Assembly (NCBI GenBank): GCA_002162955.1
Contig: MABD01000037.1
Span: 222,031 to 286,030, forward strand
Length of the DNA: 64,000 nucleotides
Origin: Gammaproteobacteria bacterium 45_16_T64
Lineage (GTDB): Bacteria; Pseudomonadota; Gammaproteobacteria; Pseudomonadales; Ketobacteraceae
Direction of reading: 5' to 3'
Part shown: positions 9,596-20,808 of the stretch, piece after piece
Layout: each line of letters opens with the position of its first letter
How positions within the stretch are numbered: position 1 is the stretch's first letter
Position numbers and translations under genes: made by a program
Notes under the pieces: generated by a model
Database searches by the model: none
What the model was told of the DNA's origin: nothing
The model's input: only the letters and a program-made list of their open reading frames with translations

Positions 9596-11146
9596 TTACA
9601 GCCCACTTACTACCGAGAACGACAAAGACGACGCCTTTTCAAAGCCATCTAAGTCCTTAGAGAAAGCTGACTCGGTATCCGCTAGCAAGTGCTGGATATC
9701 CCCAGACACATCATCGTCAGGAATGATCCGATCAGTCACGATTCCCATGCCGATGCGTACCATAAAGTTATTTAACGCCTCTACCGACAGACCAACACGC
9801 AGCTTCGCAAGTCCACCCACTGCTGACTGCGCAAATTCCGCCCTGGAGACAATCCCCTTCCCATCATTGCCTTTCACCGCAACCGTCATAAACTCACGCA
9901 TCAGCTCATCTATATTGGTCGGCAAAAACAGATCGATAAGACCGGTAGGCATAAAGCCAAACGCTGCGCCTTCTACTTCTATTGAAGGGACTGTTGTCAT
10001 TGCAGACTGAATCACCGCTCCCTGGCTATTCGGGTGGTAAACGATAGAAGTATCGATTCCCTTCATGTGTGTCACGACCCCAAGGATATCCATCGTACTG
10101 TCCACTCTGGCAAAAAATCGTCGCTCGCCCCCAGGAGCTTCAGGCGCACTCGTGATCACAACACCGTCCTTATCCACCGGCAAAAAACGCCCATCAGCAA
10201 TATATGCATCAATACTCCCCGTCAGCTTTTCACTATCGATACTTAACTGAACTAACCTACCGTTCTCATCGGAGATTTCTATGTTGGCTGACAGCAAGGA
10301 ATTTAGGCCATCCAAATGATCTGCTAAATCAGGGTACAGCTGCTCCATTTGATCCGGTAGCAAAGTGAAAGACGCTTTCAGGTGTTGATAAGCTCCCTTT
10401 TTATTAGCCTCCATCACGACATCATCCACTCGGCCGAGTTTGGACAATAGGTTCCAACTCTCTGGGAATGCCGCCCACAACGGCGCCAATATCTCAATAT
10501 CACCTTCATTCAAGGCTGGATTCATCGCCTTTACTTTGATTCTATAATCTTGCACCCAGGCCTCTTTGCTCGATTGTGCAAAGCGCTGATCCCCCTCCAC
10601 CGCAAGACGCAGAATTTCTTCACCAGAGCCCAATACGGCATCCCAGCTGAAAGCAGAGATCCCCACCTGAAGGTCATTTTGTATTAAATAACTGGTGCCG
10701 CTACTTTCCGAGGCAATCTCCTTTGCCCTCACATGAGAAACCAAATCACCTAAAGCAACAATACTATCCTCAGAAATATCAGCACTGCTAGGCCCCATCC
10801 GGTATGACTCCCCTTCGCGCCCACCAACAACCGTTAGCTGGCGCCATTCGCCTGACTCTTCTGGCAATATACGATAGAACTTCTTCAGATTAAAACGCTC
10901 AAGTGATGCCCACATATCATCGATAAATTCTTGCGTTTGCGCGTGGTACTCAATATTGGAAAAGACCGCTTGCTGAAGCGCCGCCATCTCTCGCATCTTA
11001 TTCACCGCTAAGCTTGAATCACCAGCACCAGCAAATTCAACAGACGGTTTCCAACCTCGATGAATAACATCAGGAGATACGGCCAAAACAGGGGAGGCAA
11101 TCGCTAACGTAAACGCCAGAGAACTAGCAACGGAGAGCACTTTCAT
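9596..11146 (-). CDS. Secreted/periplasmic hypothetical protein (possibly DUF945/YdgA-like).
   Basis: 516 aa with an N-terminal signal peptide (MKVLSVASSLAFTLAIASPVLA). No catalytic motifs recognised. Confidence 0.4.
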   Translation of the reverse strand: MKVLSVASSLAFTLAIASPVLAVSPDVIHRGWKPSVEFAGAGDSSLAVNKMREMAALQQAVFSNIEYHAQTQEFIDDMWASLERFNLKKFYRILPEESGEWRQLTVVGGREGESYRMGPSSADISEDSIVALGDLVSHVRAKEIASESSGTSYLIQNDLQVGISAFSWDAVLGSGEEILRLAVEGDQRFAQSSKEAWVQDYRIKVKAMNPALNEGDIEILAPLWAAFPESWNLLSKLGRVDDVVMEANKKGAYQHLKASFTLLPDQMEQLYPDLADHLDGLNSLLSANIEISDENGRLVQLSIDSEKLTGSIDAYIADGRFLPVDKDGVVITSAPEAPGGERRFFARVDSTMDILGVVTHMKGIDTSIVYHPNSQGAVIQSAMTTVPSIEVEGAAFGFMPTGLIDLFLPTNIDELMREFMTVAVKGNDGKGIVSRAEFAQSAVGGLAKLRVGLSVEALNNFMVRIGMGIVTDRIIPDDDVSGDIQHLLADTESAFSKDLDGFEKASSLSFSVVSGL

Positions 11147-11429
11147 AATGAGTCCTTTTATTCTTGTTATATCTTGATTTTATTTTTAGTTATTTAGACA
11201 ACAGACCTTACTTATAAAGCGCAAAACAACTTACGTCAATAGGGTTATAGACGAACAGGTAATATCGTCAATAACACCCCCTAAACTGATTATGTTTGTC
11301 CCAACCCTAACCCCCTGTTTTAAAAACGCTTCTTCTAAATGAGGTGGCTTGATTATGACTAGATTCCCTCTCTAAGTTAGCGCATAATGCTCGGCCTTTA
11401 TCATTTTGTCGCCCTCTGGAAACCGAACA

Positions 11430-12341
11430 ATGTGGTTCAAAAATATTCGTCTATATCGCTTCACCAAACCATTTGAATTAACCCCTGAAGAGCTTGAAGA
11501 AAAACTTGCTGAGCACATTTTTCACCCTTGCAGCAAACATGACCAGGCAAAATATGGCTGGGTATCCCCCTTGGGGCGCCACGGTGAAATGCTGACCCAT
11601 GTCACCGGCGACTACATAATGATCTGCGCCCAGAAGCAAGAAAAAATACTGCCAGCCTCAGTGGTCAATGAAGCACTACAAGAGAAGGTTGAAGAACTCG
11701 AAGAAAAACAAAGCCGCAAGGTTTTTCGCAAAGAGAAGCTTCAAATGAAGGATGAAATAACACTTTCATTACTTCCGAAAGCATTTGCGAGAACTAGCAA
11801 GACATTTGCCTACATTGCACCGAAAGACAAACTACTCGTAGTCAATGCTTCCAGCGCCAATAAGGCAGAAGAGCTATTAGGCTATTTACGTACAAGCATT
11901 GAGTCTCTGCCGGTTATTCCCCCCAATGCTAAAAATATACCTAGCGAAGTCATGACACTTTGGCTACAGCATCAAACTGCTGCTGAGGATTTCGAGATTG
12001 ACCAAGAGTGTGAGCTCTACAACCCAGCCGAAGACGGCAACGTTGTTCGCTGTAAAGGCCAAGACTTATACTCCGATGAAATCCAGACACACCTAGCAGC
12101 GGGCAAACAAGTCAAAAAGCTAGGCATGTTATGGAAAGATGCTCTCAGCTGTATTATTGAAGACGACCTCACCATCAAACGCCTAAAGTTCCAAGATATG
12201 ATATTAGAAAAAGCCGGGGAGGCCGATGCTGAAAGTGCTGCCGAGCAGTTTGACCAAGACTTTGCAGTGATGTCTTTGGAACTTTCACGATTTTTTAAAT
12301 CGCTCTTTAAAGCATTCGGTGGTCTACAAAGAAAAATCTAG
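11430..12341 (+). CDS. rdgC: Recombination-associated protein RdgC.
   Basis: MWFKNIRLYRF... N-terminus and about 303 aa length typical of RdgC. The ORF track starts 8 codons earlier at 11406. Confidence 0.85.
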   Translation: MWFKNIRLYRFTKPFELTPEELEEKLAEHIFHPCSKHDQAKYGWVSPLGRHGEMLTHVTGDYIMICAQKQEKILPASVVNEALQEKVEELEEKQSRKVFRKEKLQMKDEITLSLLPKAFARTSKTFAYIAPKDKLLVVNASSANKAEELLGYLRTSIESLPVIPPNAKNIPSEVMTLWLQHQTAAEDFEIDQECELYNPAEDGNVVRCKGQDLYSDEIQTHLAAGKQVKKLGMLWKDALSCIIEDDLTIKRLKFQDMILEKAGEADAESAAEQFDQDFAVMSLELSRFFKSLFKAFGGLQRKI

Positions 12342-12387
12342 ACAACGTCGAGATACTGCACAACTAACTCCAAGCAGTATCTCGATA

Positions 12388-12846
12388 TTAGGACTCACAC
12401 TGCCAATTATTGGCATCGTCTTTCGCTTCGATTCGATCCAATGATTTCTTATCGATAACCATGCGCCACAGGTTATCTTCTTGATAAGGCCATTTGGTAA
12501 TTTGGAATTCCCACTTAGGCGTTAGCGGGAACGTCTGTACTTTTATTTTTTTAGTCGATGCCTTGATAATGGGCATATGCTGAAGGTGCAGCCCACGACT
12601 TTTTTCCCACGTACCATCAGATTCTAGGCACGAAATAAAATGATAACTCGCATAACCTTCTTGGGTAATGTCTAGCGCCATGCGCGTATGTAAAACGCCT
12701 TCAGCTATATTTTCTTTTTGATCATGAAGCCAATAGCCTACCAACTCCGAGTCCCCCAACGGCGTTGGTTCATTTTTTAGCGCACACCCTGCCAACGACA
12801 GCATAATAATGACAACTGCGGTAATGTGTTTAACTGACATATTCAT
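12388..12846 (-). CDS. Hypothetical lipoprotein.
   Basis: Signal peptide with lipobox LSLAGC. 152 aa. Confidence 0.5.
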   Translation of the reverse strand: MNMSVKHITAVVIIMLSLAGCALKNEPTPLGDSELVGYWLHDQKENIAEGVLHTRMALDITQEGYASYHFISCLESDGTWEKSRGLHLQHMPIIKASTKKIKVQTFPLTPKWEFQITKWPYQEDNLWRMVIDKKSLDRIEAKDDANNWQCES

Positions 12847-12852
12847 TCCAAA

Positions 12853-13497
12853 TTAATCATAAGACAAAATAAAAGCAGCAATCTGCTGAATCGCTTTTTC
12901 GATATGCTCTTCATGGCTAAAGCCACTTTTCTTTCTAGGCTTCAAGTCGTGATTTCCATCGTCGAACCAATGAACCCCCACAACATCCGGTAGTTGGTAG
13001 CTCAATACATCCTCCTGCTCGCCCAATGCATCACGGGTACCCTGCAGGATGCAGTGGGCTACTTTCATATCAGGGAAATGATCAATCCGTGTCTTCTCTT
13101 TTTTCCCAACAGGGTAAAAGGGATACCCCAGACAAACCACACCCTGAATACCCAAAGAATCGTCAGCAGCCAATACGCTGGCCATACGCCCCCCCATGGA
13201 TTTACCTCCAATAATACACGCCTCAGCCCCTCCGACTTGCTCTATTGCTTGCTGAAAATGGTCTAGCAGTATCGGAGCTCGATTCGGTGGTCTCTTTTTC
13301 CCGGTGGTACGTCGTTCCTGCATATAAGGAAACTCAAAACGCTGGACCGTAATACCCGCTTCAGCAACGCCTTCTGCAACCAGATTCATGAAATCGGAAT
13401 CCATTGGAGCACCCGCCCCGTGAGCAAACAACCATTGCAGGCGTGTCTTAGGCTCCGCCGCTTGATTTGTAATGAATTCAATATCATTGCTTGTCAT
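12853..13497 (-). CDS. Alpha/beta-hydrolase fold esterase.
   Basis: GxSxG nucleophile elbow GGKSMGGRMAS. 214 aa. Confidence 0.6.
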   Translation of the reverse strand: MTSNDIEFITNQAAEPKTRLQWLFAHGAGAPMDSDFMNLVAEGVAEAGITVQRFEFPYMQERRTTGKKRPPNRAPILLDHFQQAIEQVGGAEACIIGGKSMGGRMASVLAADDSLGIQGVVCLGYPFYPVGKKEKTRIDHFPDMKVAHCILQGTRDALGEQEDVLSYQLPDVVGVHWFDDGNHDLKPRKKSGFSHEEHIEKAIQQIAAFILSYD

Positions 13498-13535
13498 TCT
13501 TTAACTGCCTTTTTCATAGCACGCCGACGTCCACT

Positions 13536-14336
13536 TTAGATCGATTGTTGTAGCAATATCTGAGTTTGCCGGTAAGCGTAGTCATAAGCCACTGGCCCTT
13601 CACTTAATTTATTGGGGCCAACCCTGGGTAAATCCGGAATCGCAATAGACTGCATATTCTCTCGTTGTGGCACCAATAACGAAGCACTATTCTTTCTTCG
13701 CCAGGGCGACTTCGAACTAATATGATGATAGAAAATTCGCTCCCCTGGTTCAGTGCCGTACAAACCCGGTCTATCCTGAATACCACCATCCAAATACCGG
13801 CTATCCGAAAAATGTACTGGCTGAAACAACACAGGGAACGCACAAGATGCTGCAATCGCATCGCCAATGCTCCCCTCGGTGAGAACATCGGTTTGTTTGG
13901 TTGACAGATTATAAGCTGACACCCGTAACGGTATGCGGCAATCTTCCACCTTATCAACTTTGCAAAACTGCGCCAATTGATCTCGAAACAATTGACCTTT
14001 CAGCAAGCCCAAACCCAACCCAGGGTCCCAAAAATCACTTCGCTGTAACGAAAACAGCTGCTGCTTAACCTCCTCAATTGAACAACCTGAGGCATAACAG
14101 CCCCCTACCAATGCACCCGCACTTGATCCCGTCACTTTAACAGGCACTAACGCTAACTCATCTAGAGCAGATAGCATTCCCGCATGTGCAAAAAAACTGA
14201 AAAAACCAGAAGACATTGATAACGTAAAAGGGGATTCTGACAACCATTCATGTAACTTCATCGATATAGTAAACCTAAGAGCCAATCCATTCATAAAGGC
14301 CGATAGTATACCCGAGAAACATAACCGATAAATCAC
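13536..14336 (-). CDS. Patatin-like phospholipase. The true start may be the internal MKLHEW near 14261.
   Basis: Oxyanion hole FFSFFAHAG..., GxSxG (GSSAGALVG) and the DGG catalytic-Asp motif (YLDGGIQD). Confidence 0.7.
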   Translation of the reverse strand: MIYRLCFSGILSAFMNGLALRFTISMKLHEWLSESPFTLSMSSGFFSFFAHAGMLSALDELALVPVKVTGSSAGALVGGCYASGCSIEEVKQQLFSLQRSDFWDPGLGLGLLKGQLFRDQLAQFCKVDKVEDCRIPLRVSAYNLSTKQTDVLTEGSIGDAIAASCAFPVLFQPVHFSDSRYLDGGIQDRPGLYGTEPGERIFYHHISSKSPWRRKNSASLLVPQRENMQSIAIPDLPRVGPNKLSEGPVAYDYAYRQTQILLQQSI

Positions 14337-14360
14337 TTCTTAACACAGTACTCTTTCTCT

Positions 14361-15713
14361 TTAGGGGTCGATTGGCAAGGTAAAAATCACTTCAAGCCCT
14401 TCTCCATTGCGGTTGTTCAGTGACAAGATACCACCCTCTTTTTGCGTTACCCCCTCGGCAATGGCTAACCCCATACCACTACCATCGGGTTTGGTGGTGA
14501 TAAATGGCTGCATCACACGGGATAGTAACAGCTCAGGAATGCCATCCCCATCATCCCGCACAAGCACCTGCAATTGATTCTCCTCAATCGACGTAATCAC
14601 CGAGACCTGCTCTTTGGCGGCGGTAACGGCATTTTCAATCACATTAAAAAGGCCCTGCCCCCATTCTTCCGGTAATAATGGAAAACAACAATCAGACTCC
14701 GACTCACTGATTTGTAGACGCAAGCGCACACCATTTAACAACGCTAAACGCTGCAGGTTATCCACTTCCTCTTTGATTATCTCTCTGTAACTACGCTGGT
14801 CTGACAATTCACCAGAAGGCTCCATATTCAAATCTTCTTTTAGCGTCAGTCGCAATTTGTTTTGTATCTCAAATAGCGAATGGACCTCCTTTCGCATCAT
14901 ATCAATATCCACCTCATCGCCAAGTGGGACCTGTTTATCCAGATGTTCCGTCAAATTGTGTACTGATATCCCCATCAACCCTAATTGATGACGGGTCTGA
15001 TGAATGATTCGCGCCGAATACTCACCCAACGACGCCAACTTTTCTTGAGTTTCCATTTGAGCCAATAAATCTTGCTCACGCACCCGCCACCGTTTTATCA
15101 ACGACGCCATAATAACCCACACCGCCGCGATGGTATTGATGACCAATACAAACTGAGTTATAGCCCAAGAAGGCGAAACCTCACCGTCTTGAAAAGGTAG
15201 AGTAAGAAAAAGAGGTGCGTAACGAATATGACCCGATTGTGTCGCCGCAACAGCGACAATGCTCGCTAAGATCCCAGTAACCAGCGCAAAAAAGACAACT
15301 TTTTGATCTAGTAATGGTAGCGCTAACGCCAACCCTGCGATCAATAGCAAACTATTATTGGACGTGTATGTTCCAGTAATCCACACAGAAGCCAACATAC
15401 CAAACGTATAACCTTGTGCTAGCGTATGTGACAGCAGCGGCCAGCTTCTCCGGTACCTACGCTGCCATAAACCAAGAAGAAAGCATACGCAATTGGCTCC
15501 TAGTGCAACCCAGCACATGGTCCGACAGAATTTCAGCATCGACAGGTCTAAGTAAAAATACAATTCGCTATTCTCGAAAAAATACAGCGAAAACAAAAAA
15601 ACAACCGGTACGTAGTTACTAACAAGTATGAGGAGTAACGTTCTATCTAATCCTCCCCAATCTAACGGATTACCTTTTCTGAGCAACTCTACAATGGATG
15701 GATTCGGCCCCAC
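14361..15713 (-). CDS. Membrane sensor histidine kinase.
   Basis: Multi-TM N-terminus, an H-box region, and HATPase G1/G2 boxes (DDGDGIPE..., TTKPDGSGMGLAIA). Confidence 0.7.
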   Translation of the reverse strand: MGPNPSIVELLRKGNPLDWGGLDRTLLLILVSNYVPVVFLFSLYFFENSELYFYLDLSMLKFCRTMCWVALGANCVCFLLGLWQRRYRRSWPLLSHTLAQGYTFGMLASVWITGTYTSNNSLLLIAGLALALPLLDQKVVFFALVTGILASIVAVAATQSGHIRYAPLFLTLPFQDGEVSPSWAITQFVLVINTIAAVWVIMASLIKRWRVREQDLLAQMETQEKLASLGEYSARIIHQTRHQLGLMGISVHNLTEHLDKQVPLGDEVDIDMMRKEVHSLFEIQNKLRLTLKEDLNMEPSGELSDQRSYREIIKEEVDNLQRLALLNGVRLRLQISESESDCCFPLLPEEWGQGLFNVIENAVTAAKEQVSVITSIEENQLQVLVRDDGDGIPELLLSRVMQPFITTKPDGSGMGLAIAEGVTQKEGGILSLNNRNGEGLEVIFTLPIDP

Positions 15714-15728
15714 TACAATCTCCCCCTT

Positions 15729-16376
15729 CTAGAGCACGTTATATTTGACAAGGGCAAGAGCCAATTTCGTTCGATCAGGCATATTCAATAATTGCAGAAT
15801 ACGCACAACATGATTCTTCGCAGTGCCTTCACTGATATTAAGAGTACGTCCAATACCTTTATTTGACTCTCCTTGGCCTATCAACGCCAGCACTTCTCGA
15901 TGCCTCGCGCTTAGACCACTAACACGCTTTACAAACTCCATTTCATCAGGCTCACGACGTAACGATTGAGCCAATCGAATCGCCAATGATGGATCTAATA
16001 CAGTTTGCCCAGATAATGCATCCATTACCGCTTTGATCAACTCATCAGGGCTCGCGTCTTTGCGAACATACCCCATGGCGCCCGATTCCATTGCTTGTTT
16101 GATTCGCCTTGCATCGTCATACGCCGATAAGATTAGCACGGGTTGCTTTGGCGCTAACCGCGGCAAAGCCTCTAGCCCAGTCTCATTAGGCAGCTCAACG
16201 TCAAGCAAAAGCAGGTCAATCGCCTGTTTCGCCAGCAGCAACTCAAGTTCAGCCACATCCCCAGCCTCATGAATAACCGACAATTTCTCATTTTTCTTGA
16301 GAATGCCCGCAATCCCTGCTCGAAACACAGGGTGATCATCACAGATTGCTATTTGGTATTGGCTCATAAGCGACAT
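15729..16376 (-). CDS. NarL/FixJ (LuxR-type) response regulator.
   Basis: REC domain (IAICDDHP...LLLLDVELP) plus a C-terminal LuxR HTH (EVLALIGQGESNKGIGRTLNISEGTAKNHV). 4..16 nt from the kinase gene. Confidence 0.8.
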   Translation of the reverse strand: MSLMSQYQIAICDDHPVFRAGIAGILKKNEKLSVIHEAGDVAELELLLAKQAIDLLLLDVELPNETGLEALPRLAPKQPVLILSAYDDARRIKQAMESGAMGYVRKDASPDELIKAVMDALSGQTVLDPSLAIRLAQSLRREPDEMEFVKRVSGLSARHREVLALIGQGESNKGIGRTLNISEGTAKNHVVRILQLLNMPDRTKLALALVKYNVL

Positions 16377-16846
16377 ACGACTCTATTTATTATTGTAAGT
16401 AACAACAAGTATACCGATTTTGACTCATTGTTCGTCATTTACCTACCGTGACCACACAGTCACAAGCGTGAGTATGCCAAATGGCATACACCTTCATTCC
16501 GAACGCCATCTACACAACCCATCAACTACCGCACATAATAAGTACCAGGATCATTTGTAATTCTTCAAAACGCCCCATGGCGAGAGTATTGCTTTAGTGG
16601 TAGCAAAGGAGATGCTGGGTGATGTTGAGACTTAAGCCCCCTCAACCCATCCATTGGTATCGACTACACCAGGTTTTAGTAGGAATCTGAGCCTCTAAAG
16701 CAATACTCGATTTTTCTTTCCCCCTCTTCATTTATTTCGCACCACCTAACTAAACTAGCCTACACACCACAATATTCGCGCATCAATCTATTTTTGCCTA
16801 TAGTTTTTAGTACACTAACGGAACAACGCTGTAGGATGCTCATTCC

Positions 16847-19675
16847 TTGCATTTACCCGCCATATTGATACATCACGTTATACTTGTGCTAGTTGGCCTA
16901 TTTTGGGGTCAAGCTGCACTTGCGGGTACAGTATTGACCAACAAAATCGATCATTACCCCTACTCTCTATCTCAAAACATCCAAATCTACGAAGATCACA
17001 CACAGTCGATGTCAGTTACCGACATTATTGAGCTCCCCGACAATCGATGGAAACACGGAGCAAAAGGCACCACCAGTTTTGGCTTCTCTGATAGCGCTTT
17101 TTGGGTAAAGGTGTCTCTTACCAACCAAGGCGCAAGCCTAAAACATTTGAAATTAGAACAGGCATACCCCCTCATGGATTCTGTTCAATTTTTCAGCCCA
17201 AAACCGAGCCGAAACGGGTCCAATGAGGGAATGTACAATAAACATCAGACAGGCGATGCGTTCCGGTTCGCCTCTCGTAATGTTAATCATCATAATTTTG
17301 TCTTTAATGTTGAGTTGCCTTCACTGACAAACCAAGTGTTCTATTTTCGTTTTCTAAGTAGAGACACCATCGAAATCAATCTGAAGCTCTGGGATGATAG
17401 TCATTTTGCAATAAGCGACCATAATAACCAACTGATCTACGGGCTGTTTTACGGTGCAATATTCGTACTTTTTATTTTCAATTTATCGATCTATTTTGCC
17501 CTAAAAGATATTAGTTACCTCTATTATGTCGGTACCATCATTGCCTTTACAGTAGTAGAAGCCAATTTAAACGGCCTTACCTTCGAGTACGTGTTTCCTG
17601 AATTCCCCGAATTTAATAAGCTATCTCGACCGTCGCTTATCTTGATATCGATGGGATTCAACTGCTTATTCACCACAGCGTATTTAGATCTAACAAAAAA
17701 CAATCCTTTGTGCGCCAAAATTTTACAGAAGCTCACCTATCTTTTCTTCGCCGCAAGTGTATTCATCATTCCACTGCCGTTCTATTTGAGCATATCAGTC
17801 GCAATGATATCTGCGTTACTTCTTATTATCATCATAATAACAGCGTCAATAATGGAAGTTCGCAAAGGTAACGTGTCCGCTATTTTTTACCTTTCGGCAT
17901 GGAGCGCACAATCACTAGGCGCCGGGGCTACTATATTAAGGGCATTCACATTCTTGCCCTCGAACAATCTCACCAACTTTGGGGTACAGTTAGGCACACT
18001 CACTTTCGCACTATTTCTTTCCATTGGATTGGGATACCGCATTAATAATGAAAGAAAGGAAAAAATTAAAGCACAGTCTCGCTCATTAATGAATGAGCGC
18101 TTAGCAAGAATCGAACAACAGAGATCAGCGAAAATAGCCCTAGAAGCTCAAAAGAAAGAATCCGAAGCAGAAGCAATCGCACTTGCTGCCACAGCAGAGA
18201 GCAAGGCAAAAAGTGATTTTCTTGCCACCATGAGCCATGAAATCCGAACCCCCATGAACGGGGTGCTTGGCCTATCAGAAATGCTGTTAGATTCCGAATT
18301 GAATAGCGAACAGCGACAACACCTAAAGGCAATACACAGCTCGGGACAATCTCTACTTACTATCCTCAATGATGTTCTAGACTTCTCTAAGATCGAAGCA
18401 GGACGCATGACCTTTGAAGAGATCACCTTCGATCTGGAACAACTGATTGATGAAGTCATTACCATTCTTTCACTTTCCGCGAATGATAAATCCATAATCC
18501 TCACAGCGATCATCCAGGAAAATGTTTCGAGACAAGTGGTTGGTGATCCTACACGCATCAGGCAACTATTGTTAAACCTCATCGGCAATGCTATTAAGTT
18601 CACCAACTATGGCGAAGTTAGTTTACGTATAAGCACATCAGAAAACACCAGTAATCCAATTCGATTTGAAGTGACTGATACCGGCATAGGCATTAGCGAA
18701 AGCCAAAAATCCAACCTTTTTCAAACGTTCTCCCAAGCGGACAAATCCACTACACGAAAGTATGGTGGCACAGGACTGGGGCTTGCAATATGCAAACAGC
18801 TCATCAATCTGATGGGAGGAGAAATAGGGCTAGAAAGCCAGCTAGGTCAAGGGTCTAGATTCTGGTTTACTTTACCCATAAAAATTCCAATAAAACAACA
18901 GCCGGATTACATTCCCGACAGAGAATTATTTCGACACAAGAAATTTTTGATTATCGATAACAACCTAAGATTTCAGGAGTTCGCCAATGAACAAATCGCC
19001 TATTGGGGCGGTGAGTGCACTTTTCTCGATCACACAGATAACAAAATAGTATCTGATGAATTTATGAAGGGTATTGATATCCTGCTTTGTAATGAAGAAT
19101 ACAAGAGCATCTTGCCTAATACAATCAAAGACAGAACATTGTATCTGGGAACGTCATTATCCTCACCCATGGATACAAACATACTCAGCAGGCCCGTCAG
19201 TATCGAATTACTAAAACGCTCGATGTTCGAAATCCTAAAATTGGATTGCCACTTACTGCATCAACCCACAAATGAAAGTTCACAATCTCACAATTTGCAT
19301 GTATTGGTCTCTGAAGATAATATTATTAATCAAACAGTTATCAAGGGAGTTCTCAAAAAATTCGGCGTCATCCCTATAATGAGTAACAATGGATTAGAAG
19401 CAATTTCCAGAATAGAAGAAAGCGAAAAGCAATTTGACCTGATTTTGATGGATTGTGAAATGCCGGAGATGGACGGATATAGTGCGACCCAAGAAATCAG
19501 AAAATTCGAAGATAAGAAAAACCCTCATCTTATTGTTGGATTAAGTGCGCATGCCGTCCAAGAAAGAAAGGACAAAGCCTTCGCATCAGGAATGGATCGA
19601 TATCTAACAAAACCGGTTAAATTTGAGGAAATACGACTATTACTACAAGCCATTTCATCAAGACCACCGTCTTAG
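16847..19675 (+). CDS. Hybrid sensor histidine kinase with 7TMR-DISM sensor module: periplasmic DISMED2 domain + 7 TM, HisKA, HATPase, C-terminal REC.
   Basis: Signal peptide. Seven hydrophobic segments after a roughly 180 aa periplasmic domain. H-box [11 protein letters not shown]-boxes [10 protein letters not shown]. Receiver domain [10 protein letters not shown]...[13 protein letters not shown]. Confidence 0.8.
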   Translation: MHLPAILIHHVILVLVGLFWGQAALAGTVLTNKIDHYPYSLSQNIQIYEDHTQSMSVTDIIELPDNRWKHGAKGTTSFGFSDSAFWVKVSLTNQGASLKHLKLEQAYPLMDSVQFFSPKPSRNGSNEGMYNKHQTGDAFRFASRNVNHHNFVFNVELPSLTNQVFYFRFLSRDTIEINLKLWDDSHFAISDHNNQLIYGLFYGAIFVLFIFNLSIYFALKDISYLYYVGTIIAFTVVEANLNGLTFEYVFPEFPEFNKLSRPSLILISMGFNCLFTTAYLDLTKNNPLCAKILQKLTYLFFAASVFIIPLPFYLSISVAMISALLLIIIIITASIMEVRKGNVSAIFYLSAWSAQSLGAGATILRAFTFLPSNNLTNFGVQLGTLTFALFLSIGLGYRINNERKEKIKAQSRSLMNERLARIEQQRSAKIALEAQKKESEAEAIALAATAESKAKSDFLATMSHEIRTPMNGVLGLSEMLLDSELNSEQRQHLKAIHSSGQSLLTILNDVLDFSKIEAGRMTFEEITFDLEQLIDEVITILSLSANDKSIILTAIIQENVSRQVVGDPTRIRQLLLNLIGNAIKFTNYGEVSLRISTSENTSNPIRFEVTDTGIGISESQKSNLFQTFSQADKSTTRKYGGTGLGLAICKQLINLMGGEIGLESQLGQGSRFWFTLPIKIPIKQQPDYIPDRELFRHKKFLIIDNNLRFQEFANEQIAYWGGECTFLDHTDNKIVSDEFMKGIDILLCNEEYKSILPNTIKDRTLYLGTSLSSPMDTNILSRPVSIELLKRSMFEILKLDCHLLHQPTNESSQSHNLHVLVSEDNIINQTVIKGVLKKFGVIPIMSNNGLEAISRIEESEKQFDLILMDCEMPEMDGYSATQEIRKFEDKKNPHLIVGLSAHAVQERKDKAFASGMDRYLTKPVKFEEIRLLLQAISSRPPS

Positions 19676-19703
19676 GGAATTCGCCACTTGTCTACGCTAT
19701 TAA

Positions 19704-20795
19704 CTACAAGATACTACTCACAGTAAAACTCTCACTCAGTCCCGTAAATCGGTCCCTAGTAGTGACGCTTGTTCTTCCATCACCTAAATCAACGATCTGT
19801 ACCATAAAATCAGTCGACGTATACGTTCCAGGCATTAGCTTACCCGAGTTATCTACAATTTTCTCAGACACTGTATTAACAATTTCACTGATTACTGGGT
19901 TGTGTCGGTTAGTTTTCTTATATCTCACCGGCTTAGAATTTGGTGTCGCCGAACGGCTATAGGTTGGTTTTCTCGACTTATTCTGATATGACAACAAGGT
20001 TGGGTGATTCATATCACTTGCATCAGCAACCTGCCAGTGCTTCTCACCAATCCCCGTGACGATTAGACGAATGACCGCAGTCTCGATCGCATCCAGTACT
20101 GCAATCTGAGCAGGTTCATTGGTTGTATAACCAGCCTCGACCTCTAGCAACTCCTTGAATTTTACGAATTTGAAAACACCTGCTGTTGTTTCTTGAGAAA
20201 ATACTTTTTTGGTCGTGGTAACGGAATTCAGTACTAATCCAGAATTAATATCGATGGCTCTAAGGTTTACGGTAACCTGATCAACCCTATATTTTTCCGA
20301 CGACCCAACACCAATATACTTAGCACCTGCACCTCCCGTTTGAATATTACTATCATACCCAACAATGCCACCCTCCAACAATATACTAGCGGAACGTAGC
20401 TGCGGCAATGTACTCGTATTTTCACCATTTGCAGCCCTAATAATTTTTCGTTCGGTCAATAAATTCTGCAACCCTTCTCTTTCTAGCGGTTGAAACCAAC
20501 CAGATTCCCAAAGAGCCTTTACCAAAAGAGAGCTCGCCCCCTGGGTCACTGCAGTAGAAAAAGTACTTGATGGACTGGGCTTATATTGCCCTGTCTGATC
20601 TCTAAAACTGTACACCGAAACGGGAATCTTTCCACTTGGCAAGGGTAGAGAAATCAAATCCGCATGACTTTGGCTTTCCACGTTCCATTCACTACGTTCG
20701 TACCCTGGACCATTTAGTGTGTCTATTGGTGACGTCATCACCTGGCACCCTGTCAATAGTATGATTATCAGAAACGAATATCCGTGAATTTTCAT
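19704..20795 (-). CDS. csgG: Curli secretion channel lipoprotein CsgG, with an atypical C-terminal extension of about 90 aa. The ORF track extends the start to 20843; MKIHGY at 20795 has an AAGGG Shine-Dalgarno sequence.
   Basis: Lipobox LLTGC. CsgG core similarity (VSVYSFRDQTGQYKP..., LLEGGIVGYDSN). Confidence 0.85.
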   Translation of the reverse strand: MKIHGYSFLIIILLTGCQVMTSPIDTLNGPGYERSEWNVESQSHADLISLPLPSGKIPVSVYSFRDQTGQYKPSPSSTFSTAVTQGASSLLVKALWESGWFQPLEREGLQNLLTERKIIRAANGENTSTLPQLRSASILLEGGIVGYDSNIQTGGAGAKYIGVGSSEKYRVDQVTVNLRAIDINSGLVLNSVTTTKKVFSQETTAGVFKFVKFKELLEVEAGYTTNEPAQIAVLDAIETAVIRLIVTGIGEKHWQVADASDMNHPTLLSYQNKSRKPTYSRSATPNSKPVRYKKTNRHNPVISEIVNTVSEKIVDNSGKLMPGTYTSTDFMVQIVDLGDGRTSVTTRDRFTGLSESFTVSSIL

Positions 20796-20808
20796 GGTAA
20801 TACCCTTG

